Source of the DNA: Vicugna vicugna
Lineage: Eukaryota
Assembly: GCA_013265495.1 (NCBI GenBank)
Contig: MU057560.1
Location: 248,001 to 312,000, forward strand
Direction of reading: 5' to 3'
Length of the DNA stretch: 64,000 nt
The translations under genes and the position numbers were made by a program. How positions within the stretch are numbered: position 1 is the first letter of the stretch; every line of letters begins with the position of its first letter. The notes under the pieces are model-generated. The model saw nothing but the letters and a program-made list of their open reading frames with translations. It ran no database searches and was not told the origin of the DNA. This document shows positions 13,218-25,574 of this stretch, in pieces.

Positions 13218-13388
13218 GAGCTTTCTTTCTGAGTGATGAGAATCGTCTAAAATTATATTGCAGTGACAGCTGCTGAACTCTGTAAATACACTAAAAGCCA
13301 CTGTAATTAAAAAAAAACTATTTACAGTTTTAATTGGTGAGTTTGCTGGTATGGGAATCATATCACAGTAAAGTTAAAAAAAAAAAAT
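13218..13388 (+). mobile_element. L1MB-like LINE 3' terminus with poly(A), part 2
   Basis: TTTCTGAGTGATGAGAATCGTCTAAAATTA...TACACTAAAAGCCACTG...TATCACAGTAAAGTT plus A-run. Confidence 0.7.
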
Positions 13389-14359
13389 GAGTTACTCTCG
13401 GGTCAGGATCTTCTCCAGCACCTGACGGCTAGCAGAGCTTCCCGAAGGGCGTAATAAATGAGCTGCCCTAAACGAGAAGCCAGCTTGAGGGGCTCCTGTG
13501 CCACCCCTACTACATGCACTGAAACCTGCCCTTGCCTGGGGACATCCTAAGCAGGAGGTGGCCACAAGTCCACCTAACACACCAAAGGGACCGAAGGGAA
13601 AGCGCAGTAGAAGAGGCAGCTGTCATTCAAGGGAAACACAAGAGAACGGAGAGAGAATTTCCAGTTGTCTGACCCAGCATTTGTGGTCCCTCAACGGCGA
13701 GGTCCTTCTCCTCCTCCACCAGCTTCCTTGCGCATCTTCTCCCTGAACCATATCCGTGTCTCTTCCTCCTGGAGAGCAGATGGAACTCACACAGAACAGC
13801 AGCCTTCGGTTCCTTGGAGGAGAGACAATGCACCTGACCTTGACTCCACACGGCCCTCCATCAGCATTTCTCCGTGTTTTCTCCTCAGGTGCAGGGGCTG
13901 AGCTAAGCACACTCTCCAGTCCATGGTTCACTGCTGTCACTGATGTGTGCAGAAGTCCCTCATGAGAGTATCCATTTGCATCCTCTCCATATATTCTTGG
14001 TCTATTCCCCACCCTCCCATTTTTGCCAACTACTTAAATGTCGTTCTTTGTCTCGTTTGTAAGCTCTCTTTCAAAATGAGTGAATGGACTTTAATTCAAT
14101 ATATACAGTATGGGTTGTGAATGCATCGTTTGAATTCTTTTAGCCTCTTGCCTCGTTAGCACCATAAAATTAGGTTTGAATATCACACATCACCTACTTA
14201 GCATTTGCAAATTTATTTAGAGCAGCTACAGAAAATAAAACAAATTGTCTGAATGTAATCATGCTCCTCTAAGCTCCTTGAGGGGCAGCATACGTGCTTT
14301 GTAAGTGTTCTTTAATGTTGAGAGAAAGTAAGAACAAAAGAAAAAAAGCAAAGAAGGTA

Positions 14360-14427
14360 GGAAGGAAGGAAGGAAGGAAGGAAGGAAGGAAGGAAGGAAG
14401 GAAGGAAGGAAGGAAGGAAGGAAGGAA
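14360..14427. repeat. (GGAA)17 microsatellite
   Basis: Seventeen perfect GGAA units counted directly. Confidence 0.98.
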
Positions 14428-14444
14428 GGAGGGAGAGGAAGAAG

Positions 14445-15245
14445 ATGCCCGCGCTCTTCTGCCCCCGGCACCCGGGTCCTTCGCGGACCCGGCCGGGCTG
14501 GCGTGTCGGGCACCGCGGCCAGCCGCGCTTAGTGGTCGCGCCCCGTTCTGACCCAGGCGTTCAAGCATGTCGCCGAGTCGCAGCAAATGCTTCCCGTCAC
14601 CGCCGACCTCTACTGATCCAGGCACACTCACGGGATTCAAAAACAGATCGGCCCTGCCTCAGCCAAGTGTTGGCTGATCGCGCCGTGGTCCCGGACGCTC
14701 GCACGGCCGGGCTTCCCGCTCGGCGCTGCCTCCCGCAGACACTGCGCGCGCGTCGGCGTGGACGGCGGGCCACACAGAGGGCCCACGGTGCGGCTCCGGC
14801 GGGCACTGTGTGCTGCGTTGGGCATTTAAAGTGAAAACGACGGTGTCCGTGGTTCAGCCGAGGTCGGGGGGGGGGGCTCTGCCCAAAGGAACCATTGCAG
14901 GGTCCAGGCCTTGTCAGCTCAGATTTGAAGCCATGAATTAAGTGATCTCAGTCTTTCTTAAAGATGCTCTTGCCAGATACTCCAAGTAACTGTAGGCGGG
15001 GCCAGAACTGCCGTTTCCGGGCTGGGAGCACGCGGGTTGCCTTCTGCTCTGCGCCTCTAGGCCGTCAGCTTACCTCAGGCTGGAAGCCACGCTTCGCGCC
15101 CCTGGAGCCCCGCCCCAGCCGCGGGCCCGCAGCCACCGCCCCTCACGGCTCGTCTCCCGCCGCGCGCGCAGCCTCCGCGCCTCTGTTTCGGACGCGCGTC
15201 ATCCGGTGCTCCGGAGGCGACGCTGCCTCTTTAATGTGCCGCACT
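14445..15245. promoter_or_regulatory. CpG island (promoter-like or orphan CGI)
   Basis: About 800 bp of high GC and dense CpG (CGCGCGCG runs at 14745 and 15161) against a CpG-poor background, with a short AT-richer middle (about 14880-14990); not obviously repeat-derived. Confidence 0.8.
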
Positions 15246-15659
15246 TTGATATTTACAAACCTCCAGCTTCTGTCTGGTTCCCCAGAAAATGACTTGAAGA
15301 GAAGAGACTTTTGTGCAAGACATTTTGGGGCTGGGCTCTCAGGAACAGAATCGTAGGGAGCCAGGGACGCACTGCGGACAGAAGGCATGTTGAGCAGAGA
15401 GACCCCTGCAACAGAGACCCCAGCTAATCAAGAAGCCAGATCTGCAACCGGATGGTCCAGAGAGTTGTCCCAAGGCAAGGCAAGGGACCAGACATTTAGA
15501 CCCCAGGGACCAGCCACTGGACACAGCCTACTCCCGGGGAGCAGTTGCAGCCTGGGGGAGACAATGCCTGTTGGGCAAGGGCAGTTCCCGAAGAGGTGCT
15601 GACCAGTTAGCAACGAGCCTCCAGTTCCCCCGTAGCTGGGAAAACGAATGCCTTCATCT

Positions 15660-15850
15660 CGGAGCTCTGCCTGGCATTTCACAACATCCGATGCATTGTA
15701 TTATTTCATCAAAGCAATTAAATGAGTCAGTACTGTTATTCCCATGTTATAAAGGAGAGGCTGGGTACCTGTGGAACTCACACGTGGTTATTATTTCACA
15801 CTTGGGTCACACGGTTACAGTGACAGGGGCAGGTCTTGAAACCAGGTTTT
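15660..15850 (-). mobile_element. MIR SINE
   Basis: TTATTCCCATGTTATAAAGGAGAGGCTG...GGTCACACGGTTACAGTGACAGGGGCAGGTCTTGAAACCAGG is antisense MIR. Confidence 0.65.
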
Positions 15851-15864
15851 GAATGAAGAACCCA

Positions 15865-16032
15865 GAGCAGGAGCTTCTGGGTTGGTGAACACGTCCGCTT
15901 GCTGGGAGGGCGGCTCGACCCGGTCCCATGCGGACAGAGGCTCCTGCACTCAGGCCCTCTGCGGACCTCACCCTAGGTACCCCTTCACACGGCTGTTCAT
16001 CTGTATCCTTTACAATAGATGGTAAACATTAA
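15865..16032 (+). mobile_element. MER21-like LTR fragment
   Basis: GAGCTTCTGGGTTGGTGAACACGT...GCTGGGAGGG...GGCTGTTCATCTGTATCCTTTACAATA matches recalled MER21 consensus. Confidence 0.7.
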
Positions 16033-16420
16033 AGAAAAGAAACAGTGCAATTTGGGTCGTTTTATGGACAACATAGAAAGAAAAAAAGGAGGCAGGCAAA
16101 GAAATTGCTCATGAAAATGGAAGTGATTTGAAACTTATCTTATCATAATGTAATATCTAAAATAATTACTAGTCCAACAATGAAGAAAGAATTAAAGAAA
16201 TCTGCTTGTATATTGCAAAAAGGTCAAACTGGACTTGCCCTCGTCTTCTCTCTAATTCAGTTCTGAAGATTTCACAGAAAGAGAGTGTTGATCAATTAAA
16301 ACACAACAAACTAAATAGAATTATATATAAAAGCTCCCGATTCTGGTGTGAGTGTGTGTCGAGGGCTGAATGGTGCTGAAAGCCACAGTGGGGAGATGGG
16401 TGAGAGAACCCTTTTCAAGA

Positions 16421-16500
16421 GAGAGGGTGGAGCTCAGTGGTAGAGCACAAGCTTACAGGGTCCTGGGTTCAGTCCCCAGTGCCTCCATTAAAAAAAGAAA
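16421..16500 (+). mobile_element. Vic-1-like SINE with short internal deletion
   Basis: GAGAGGGTGGAGCTCAGTGGTAGAGCACAAGCTTACAGGGTCCTGGGTTCAGTCCCCAGTGCCTCCATT plus A-run; degenerate TSD AACCCTTTTCAAG and AACACTTTTTAAG. Confidence 0.85.
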
Positions 16501-17399
16501 AGGGGGGGGGAACACTTTTTAAGTGGATCGCTTTCTCTTCCCATGTCACCTGGGGTGCTCACTGACCACTTTATCACTATTTTAAGGCTAAAAAGAGAGA
16601 GAAAGTTGAGATAATCTCCTGTCAGCTTCTGAGCATTTGCTCCTCAATACCAGCAGCCTCAATCCATCAAGAAAGGCTTGGTTACAAATGGGAGGACTCT
16701 GAACAGAGCAGAGCAGGTCGGGGGAGCAGGTGATGATTCCAGGGACTCTCTGTGTGAGGTGTTTACCTGCATGGTACCTGGTCCAGACCAGAAAGGACAC
16801 AGGGGAGGACCTGGCCAGCATCGTTCCCTCCCAGTCACACATCTTCAGCCAAGGCGTCTGCAAATACCAGGCGAATACAAGCTCACAAAGATGAATAAGA
16901 AGACATTTTGAGACCACTAACTGAACACCTTATTCCAGACATAGCATAAATATGAAAGCAGAGAGATTAGGAATTTAGAGTCAACTTTCTTAGGGAAAAT
17001 ACCTTATATTTGAAGCAAGAACAAGTAATTACAAAGTAGTTATTAAGTATGTCTAAAAATATAATTAAAATAAAAACATTAATAGTTGGGTCCATTAAAA
17101 GCGATATGGCTAAAAACCAAATGAATGACTTACAAGACTAGATCAAACAGTTCCTAAAGGCATAGAGAAAGAAAAAGAGTTAGAATAGCAAAAATAAATA
17201 AAAATACAGAAATGAAAAGTTAAAGTAGATGCAGGAGGTGATCCTACTTTTGAGAACAGAATTGGGAGAGAATAGAAAGGCCAGAAAACTGTCTAAGGGA
17301 TGCTCTAGAAAGATCACAAAAATAATCTATCCATTTCTTATAGAGTTAAATTAACACACAAACCAAAAAACCTCTTCAAGGTCATTACCTGTAAGAAGT

Positions 17400-17890
17400 A
17401 GAACCATGTCCACACACCACACAACAATTTGTATGTGGATGATTATGTCAGACTTAGTCACAATAGTCAAAAATTGGAAACAATTCTAATGTCTATCGAT
17501 AGGTAAACTGATAAACAGAATGCAGTACATCCATGCACTGGAACACTATACAGCAAAGAAAATGAACAGATCATCAATACATATAACAACGTGGATGTAT
17601 TCCAAGATCACCAAGCTAAACAGAAGGGGTTAGATATAAAAAGTGAATGCTACATGATTCCATTGCAATGGAATTCAACAAAAGACAGAGCCAATCCACA
17701 GAGACAGAAAGCAAATGAGTGGTTGCCTGGAATTGGAGACAGAGGAAGTCTGACAGCAAAGACACATGAAAGAACGTTTTGGGTGATGGGAGGTATCATG
17801 AACGTTGTTGTGGTTACAAGAACTACACTCACTGTGACATTTACTGAAAAATACTTCATCTTATGACACGTCATTATTCCTTACTACAAT
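17400..17890 (+). mobile_element. Old L1 (L1MC/ME-like) ORF2 end and 3' UTR
   Basis: CAATAGTCAAAAATTGGAAACAATTCTAATGTCTATC...ATGATTCCATT...GAGACAGAAAGCAAATGAGTGGTTGCCTGG. Confidence 0.75.
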
Positions 17891-17891
17891 T

Positions 17892-17909
17892 TGTGTGTAT
17901 GTATATCTA

Positions 17910-17941
<32 letters not shown>

Positions 17942-17957
17942 CACATATATATATATA
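17892..17957. repeat. (TG)n/(TA)n microsatellite
   Basis: Directly visible. Confidence 0.9.
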
Positions 17958-18224
17958 CCCCAATAATTTATTTTCTGCCAAAACTCTCCAGAGAAACAGA
18001 AAGATTGAATGAAGTAGATGAGGAAAATTTTTCAAACTTGAATCAAATGAAAAAAAAAGTGTGAAAATTTAAAAATGGTCTAAATAGACCTTACAGCAAG
18101 AAACTGCTTATATATGTATAATATATATGGACTAACTAAATATTACCTAACTAAATTAAACTGTTTATAAAACCATAATAAGACATTTCAGCATCCGAAA
18201 ATCTCATCAGCAAGTTCATATAGT

Positions 18225-18392
18225 GGAATAAAAGATGGAAAATTACATGAAGATTTCAAGAGAGGCAGAATAAAGTATTTAATAAAAGTCAACATTAAAA
18301 AAAATCTCAGAAGACTAGAAGGGGAAGGGTTATACATAAAAGTTCTATGATTTTATATAAAAATCCTACAGAAAACCTCAGAAGCAATGATG
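18225..18392 (+). mobile_element. Degenerate L1 ORF2 (reverse transcriptase region) fragment
   Basis: AATTACATGAAGATTTCAAGAGAGGCAGAATAAAGTATTTAATAAAAGTCAAC resembles the decayed NHMIISIDAEKAFDKIQH segment of L1 ORF2. Confidence 0.55.
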
Positions 18393-20280
18393 CATCTTTG
18401 ATTTCAGCTCTGACTTTACAGAAGTGAATATTTTGTTTAATTATTTGAGTTCAGAGCTATGAGATCTTTATTTGCTACATGGAAACTTCTTAATTGTTTT
18501 GTTTTATTTTTATGGTGTTCATTCCTATATCATTTGACCAATTTATTTTAGTATATATCCAGTAATTAAAAGGACTCAGGCAAAATCCTCTTTGATTTCT
18601 GTTTGCTTTTGAGTAAAGTTTGTTTTTCCTGGATGATCAATTTTTCCGAGTGTGATGTTGGAGGAGGCTGGGCAGATAAGGAAGCATTCAGAGGGGACAA
18701 ATGGGCAGCACCCCTGAGTCCCGTGGCATCACACAGAGTTTCAGCTATGGTGACCAGCACAGAGTAGCTCTCTGTCAGGAAAAGAAATCTAGTCCCTGAT
18801 GGGAGTTTAAAGAATAAGAATAGATCACCATTTCCAGGTAAATACATTAGGGACTCCTTTGCCAGCATCATAAAGCCTTATTTTTCATAAAACTGTAGAA
18901 GCCTAATTAACGGGAACTGGATGACCTGGTCATTTAAGGATTAAGAGCAAGGCTGACAAGGTTAAAGACTCTTGGGCTTTGAATCAGCTCTTTTTTAAAT
19001 AATTTCTCCTAAAAGGAGAAATAAAAGCTTCTGAAGACATGTGACAAGTCTCTGGCTGCCGTAAGAGGAGGGCCCCAAAAGCCTGATGTGTGCTACCTGA
19101 ATGCAGGTCTGTGCACTGAAATCTCCAAGGAAGCTTGATGAATTCCAATTCTGGCCCTTCTAACAGCATATTCCAACAGAAATCACACCCTCCCAATAGA
19201 CATCAAGTGAACACTTCCAGCCAGAAGAAAGCAGCATACTTCACGTGGGGAGAATGAGGGTGTTGCCATGACAACGATGGAGCGTGCTTTAATAGATGGC
19301 TGACTTGAATGCCGTGCAGAGCTTCTGGGCTCCGTGGTCTTAGCTGAAATTCTGGGAACCTGTCTGCTGTCTCACATCCTGAAAATCATAGAAAATGTGG
19401 TTACTCTGCCCCTCAAAGTGTGACCCAGTGAGACACACCCCTTTCACATTAATCCTGGGGTCTGTTTCAAAACGGATTATCTGTCTGTCTGTCTACATGT
19501 CTTTGGAAGGCTGTGCAGTGCCACTCACTTGTATACTGTGCTGGATGGCTTGAGCCTCCGTAAGTCTCTTCAAATTCTTCTACAGTTGGAGCCAGGATTT
19601 AAGCTGTCTTTATATAAATTCTTCTTTTCTTCAGTTGGAACCAAATTTTAAGTCTGTCTTGATATATGTTTAAAAGCTCCTTGAGCAAAAACTTTCCTCC
19701 AATGCTTTGGTCAGTCCCACGCTCCAATTTTTGTTTAATGTGAATATTCTATTCTTTCTTTGAAGGAATTATTGAATTAAAAATAAACACCCTAAACCTA
19801 ATACTGGAGTCCATAACCAATTAACTATAGTAAAAAACAAATCTTCAAATCAGCTAGTTTTGACCACCTACATAGAACTTGCATAAGGATAACAGAAAAC
19901 ATTAGGCATTTTTGTACAAATCATCTCATTTATTTTCTGAGCAGTATTTGAATAGTCACTTACAATGGTGTAACGTAGCCTGAGAGGCTGGAACAATGCG
20001 TAGCGCAACGGAGGCTCTCAACACATCGCTTTTGAATGCATGATCTGACCCTCACTTTACTTGTATCTGACATTAATCCCAGAACTGAGATTTGAACTCA
20101 AGTACCTTGATTTCAGAGGCAATACTTTGACTCACTGTGCACACTGTCTGCTGAATGCTCTTGTTTAATTGCGGTTTTATTTTGTTTTGCATTAAAGTTA
20201 ACTTGTTTCCCTTCTCTGCTGATTGGGAAGATTTCCGGGGATGGAGACGGTGACCCACAGGTTTGCTTCCCTTCATAGAG

Positions 20281-20880
20281 CAGAGGGTGTGATGGGGAAA
20301 ACACATGAGTTTTAGACTAACACCAGGTTTGAGTTTCAGCGTGGACACTGTTATGGGCTATTCAAGTCCCCCCAAACCCTCAGATTTGTGTGCTGGAGCC
20401 CTAACCCTCAGGACCTCGGGATGTGACGTTATGTGGACGTAGAGCCTTTAAAGTGGTAATTAATTTAAAAGGAGCCTGTTGATATGGGCTCTAACCCAAT
20501 GTGACTGGTTTCCTTATAACAAGAGGAAGAGACACCACGGGGCTCTGAGCACATAGAAAAGACCGTGTAAGGATGGAGAGAGACGATGCCCATCTGCACC
20601 AGGGACAGAGGCCTCAGGAGACCCAACCTGACCTTGGGCTTCCAGCCTCCAAAACCGTGAGACGTGTCCCTTGTCCACGGTATTTTGTTGCTCTGACAGC
20701 CTGAGCAAACTGAGACGGTAGTTAGTTTCTTACTAACGTCCTGCTCTCAGACAAGTTGCTACATTATTCTGTGCCACAATTTTCACACCCACAGGACTCT
20801 GGATGATGGCTGGAAGGTTCTAGAGATGAAATACGAAAAGCCTATGGCACATCCCGACACACAGTGCCGGTTATTACCAC
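20281..20880 (+). mobile_element. MIR SINE interrupted by an MLT1 LTR
   Basis: MIR-like 5' part at 20281-20348 and core/3' part at 20718-20880 flank the LTR. Confidence 0.45.
20349..20717 (+). mobile_element. MLT1 (MaLR) solo LTR
   Basis: TGTTATGGGCT start, CTAACCCAATGTGACTGGTTTCCTTATAACAAGAGGAAGAGACACC, CTTCCAGCCTCCAAAACCGTGAGA, end GCCTGAGCAAACTGAGAC. Confidence 0.85.
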
Positions 20881-21309
20881 TCTTATGCTATTTTTATCAT
20901 AAAGGTATTGGATCCCACTAGCGAAGATGGAGTTCATAGTATCACACGTCTGTAAGCCGCCCTGCTGTGCGCTGAAGTACTAGACACACTGCGCACTCTC
21001 ACGCAAAAATCTAAGCCGTTTCAGATCAGCGCTTGACACACATAACTATTTTACTATTTTATATATTAAATGACTTTCTCTTTTCCCACTTTCTAGGAAC
21101 ACGTGACGATCGGGCAGGCCTCCATAGGTGGTGTGTGCAACCATGTCATCTGGTAAAATGACAATCCGCGACCACTTAGAGGTGGACACTCCTGACCTGA
21201 TGACAGGGTCCATTTTCCCTCGTATGTTGGCCTTTGACAGCTTGTTCTCCAATTTGAACTGGTCGCCAGTTCATTTTTACAGCTTTGGGACTACAGATAA
21301 CACTGGGCT

Positions 21310-21540
21310 GTGGTAGATTTAAAAGCTGCTAAAAAAAGAGTAGATCCAAAAGTTTCCATCACAAGGAAAAACTGAACTTTTTTTGACTCTATAAGGATGC
21401 TAACTAGACTTGTTTTGGTAACCATTTAACAATATATGTATGTCCAGTCATTATGGTGTATGCCTTAAAGTAATACAGAGCTGTATGTCAACTATATTTC
21501 AATAAAACTAGAATCAAAGAACAAACAAAAAAATACAAAA
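21310..21540 (+). mobile_element. L1 3' terminus (L1MA9/10-like)
   Basis: GAGTAGATCCAAAAGTTTCCATCACAAGG...CTGTATGTCAACTATATTTCAATAAAACT. Confidence 0.7.
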
Positions 21541-22895
21541 ATCAAGATGACTTGCTGATTCAGAGTGGGAGACAGGGAACAGAGTGGAGAGTACGAGCAG
21601 GAAGACGAAAGCAAACTGGCTCTGTACGGGATGAAACCAAGAGCAAGTTAGTGCTGCATAACATGCATGCCTTGAATGTCAGCCTGCCGAGAAGGTAATG
21701 GATGGGTAAGTGTGTCATTGTCATAAAGACAAGACACAGAAAAGGGCAAGCAGGGAAGATTGGAGGGTGCTATGAGCAGGAGTAGCTAAACATCCATTCT
21801 ATGCAAGGACGAGAGCTGAGCAAATGTGACCTGGGGATGTATGAACCCATAATAAATGGATTTTAGAGGCATTCTTTCTGGCTTGCCTGGACTTGAAGCA
21901 GGCTGGGTCCATTATACACTGAGAGGGGCCTGATGGTAATGATTTACCCTTGAGATCTGAGGTGACTCAGCCAATGCAATTCTTCCTTTGTCTCACTAAC
22001 GTGTCCCTCTCTCACACAATTATTTACTAGCTTCTCCAGCTAGATTCTTCATTCTTTATGGCCAGCCCTCTCGTGTTACCATTATTACTCTCTTGTTCTT
22101 CCACATTGAAGCCCTCCTGCTACCAAAATCAGAACATCTCTGTCATTTACAATAATGCTTTGAGTTTTATTCATTTCAAGGTAATACAGCCCAGGAGAAA
22201 CTCTTTGTATCACTTAAGTGCTATCTGGCAGAGCCACCAGAAGAAAGGGAAAAATTGGAAGCCTGTTATCTGTGCAGCCTGAAAACAATCCCTTCTGTTT
22301 TGACTTGAAAGGCAGCTGGCTCACAGAGCTACTTTTTCCCAGGAAGAGCTTTTTCTCTTTTCTAAAGGTAAACGCCACATAGATCTCTTAGACCCTGAAA
22401 ATGGGATCACGGACACAATGCACTAGTGTCTGACAGTCACTGACATGAAGGCATGATCAGATTAAGAAGACTCAGAAAATCTAATAATGTGGTCCTTGTT
22501 AAAGTACATACGTGTCCTCCACATTCTGTTCAGACCCGATTCATCTGAAAGTCGGAAAGGTACTGTCTTTGTAGGTTCTCATATATCTGTATTTAATAGA
22601 ATTTCTGATTATTTGGAAACATGAGTTGCCCTATACATGTAAGTAATTTGATTTTTATATTGATTATTAATTAGAGAAAGAATCAAAAAAAGTAACATTT
22701 CAGTCCAAGGATAGTTCTTTGCCCACTTAGCTTTCTCCATGATGCTTTTGTAAGACATTTGGTCTTTGTACCATGGTATCGGCAAAGGCTTGAATTTAAA
22801 ATATTGAAACTGGAAGACTCTGAAATGTACCTAAAAGGGACAAGACTTTTCAAAGGAACATTGTAAATGTTGAAATATTTTCGACAGATATAGGT

Positions 22896-22927
<32 letters not shown>

Positions 22928-23509
22928 CACACACACATATATTATTTCACCATACGTTAGAATTTGTGTTGAAAATTCTACACTTTTTTTTTGCTCTTAA
23001 GAATTTAATGTCTAACTCTGCATTTCTCTCTGCACAGCTTAAAAGAATTTTGTATTTATCCTGAGTCATCTTTCCCTTCTTGCTTCCATTAAAAAAAAAA
23101 ATCACCAAATGTCTCCAAATCATAGCCCACACCTAAGTTACTCATGTTTCATGATAAATTCTTTGCCGTGTGATTTCCGCCACGTATTGTCAGGGTTGTC
23201 TCATCGGTGACTCCAGGGGACAAGTGTGCATTTTGCATAAAGAGTCATCTGGAGACCCACACGTTGGTCGCGTCCGCATTCTCCAGGCGCTAGTGATGGA
23301 TGGACTGCCCAGTCAAATAGCTCTTCTTCGCTCTCACTGTCTTGGCCTCTGTACCCCACACGTTCTTCCTTTGAACACTTGTCTTGGTTTTGGTTGATGA
23401 TTTACCCCTTTGAACTGTGTTCCCTTTCTCACTAGGGGTCAGGTCTCACCAAACTTCTCCAATGCTTCTTCCTTTATTTCCTCTGATTTTTCCCCTTTTA
23501 CAACAACAA

Positions 23510-23860
23510 ATGATGAGCCCTCCTACTGCCAATCTCCAACTCCATCCTTGATAACTTGCACTGAGTGTCAGTATCACATCTCCACCCGTTTGCTGGCAAT
23601 TTCCCCTGAAATTAGCTCTCCCTCCCAAACGCCCCCCTCCCTCCAGCACACACACACACCACGTTCTACAGTCACGGTTCTCTCCCGGGGGTGGCAGCGT
23701 CCTCCCAGTAGCTCAGCCTTGAAATTTTGAAGCAATTTCTCTCCCTTTTATCGTTCCCACATGAGTAGTTATTTAAAGTCTATGCCATGTATTACGAACA
23801 CTCATTTCTCCCAGATAAGGCTCTCGTCTTCAACCTGGCTACCCGTCTCTAACCTCTTAT
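23510..23860 (+). mobile_element. L2 LINE fragment (degenerate)
   Basis: C/T-rich stretch with weak similarity to the distal L2 ORF region. Confidence 0.35.
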
Positions 23861-24189
23861 CTTTTAGTAAGATTTTTGTCATTTTTTATTTTATCCATCA
23901 AAAATAAATGTCATATTTGGTTGATCAAATACCAGTACTGCTTCATGACAAAAATATTTTAAAAAATTGTAACTCTGAGAGGCCACGATTATACCAATTG
24001 ACCAAGGCCAAGATTATACTAATTTCAAGATACTATAAAAATAATGATAAAATTATTTGCAAAAACAACGTTAACTACGTGCATTGTGTATGATATATTT
24101 TTGCATTTGGATATTGGCTGTGAAGCATGACTTTAGGTCTAAAAAAAGTACAGAGATCAGAATCAGAACAATTCCATTTTTTGACCCAA

Positions 24190-24583
24190 TTTGTAGTCTG
24201 CTCAAGCTGCCATGACAAAGTATTGCCGGGCAGGTGGCTTAGACAACAGAATTCCTTTCACACATTTCTGGAGGCTAGAGGCTCAAGATCAAGGTGCTGG
24301 CAAGGTGGGTTTCATCCTGAGGTCTCTCCTCTCATCCTCTCCGCCTGCAGGCAGCCTCAGCTCTGTGTGCTCACATGACCTCCACTGTGCGCGCACGGAG
24401 AGAGAGAGAATTTCCTGGTGTTTTTCTTATAAGGACACTAGTCCTTTCAGATCAGGCCCCACTCTTATGATCTCATTTAACCTTCATTACTTCCTTAGAG
24501 ACTCTGTCTTCAAGTGCAGCCACCCTGGGGTTAGGCTTCAGCATATGAACACCAGGGAAAACACAAACGTTCAGTCCATAAGA
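24190..24583 (-). mobile_element. MLT1 (MaLR) solo LTR
   Basis: GTGGCTTAGACAACAGA, TTCTGGAGGCTAGAGGCTCAAGATCAAGGTG, TCTTATAAGGACACTAGTC, end CAAACGTTCAGTCCATAA. Confidence 0.88.
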
Positions 24584-25431
24584 ACACAAGCACCAGAGCG
24601 CTGGGAGAGATGTACTGAAACAGGGAGACGTGGAGGTTAACAGAGCAGAGTCCTTCTGCAAGAGCCGTGCCCGTGAGGAAGAGCAGACTGGACGTGGGTC
24701 AGAGGCAGGAGGGGCGTCTGCCGGGGGCGGGAACCCTCACGCACGTAGGAATGAAGCGTGTGCGCCTCTGGCCTTTTTCTGCACACGCGCCTGTTTCTTT
24801 AGATGAATGGAACTCCTTTCTCACTGTTGCATTGGCTCTCTAGGCAAGGAGCTCTCTGACGTCAGAGAGAGCTGTTCCTGGAACAGTTAATCACCACAGA
24901 TGAAGAAATCGAGCACCCTTCTGGCCAAACCCTAACAGTCATTGCCTTTCCTCTGGCAAATTCGAGTGAATTCTGTAATGCTCCCTTTTCACTTTTCTTC
25001 CTTGACACAAGACCTCTACTGGTATCGGGAGTGAGGATTCCCTAGGCATCTGGAGAACAGAGAATTCGGTGTGACAGGACTCTGCTGGCTGGGAGGAAAA
25101 AATAACATATATATGCTCATAGGGAAATTACTTTCAGTGTCTCCTTCACCTGGATTTTGGTTTTCAGCTTCACCTCACGTGAAGACCAACGAGTGTCCTA
25201 GTCCTTGGCCGCATTCACGGTGGTGAGCTCTGCCTGGTTCAGTCCCAAGGAGAGGTTCCAGGAGGTAGGGAAGCTAGAGCTCTTAAAGACGACATCACTA
25301 GGACAAAAATGGGAGACTTGGTTCACGATTGCCCTGTTAAGAGGTGAAAAAGGTAAAAGCAGGTCCTGATGTTGGTTAGATGAAGAACGCAAATGCACCT
25401 CTTTACCCGAGTACCTCGGTGGGTGAAGAAT

Positions 25432-25574
25432 GGAGAACTGTATTCAGTACCTTGTAATGGACTATAAAGAAAAAGAATATGAAAAAATGTATATATATAT
25501 ATAAATGAATCACTCTAGTGTACTCCAGAAACTAATACAACATTGTCAATTGATATTTCAATTTAAAAAAAAAA
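25432..25574 (+). mobile_element. 5'-truncated cetartiodactyl/camelid L1 3' end
   Basis: AACTGTATTCAGTACCTTGTAAT...AAAAGAATATGAAAAA...CCAGAAACTAATACAACATTG plus poly(A). Confidence 0.8.

Noticed and set aside
14259..14640. ORFs with (PSFL)n or (RKEG)n repeats
   Set aside because: Translations of the GGAA microsatellite.
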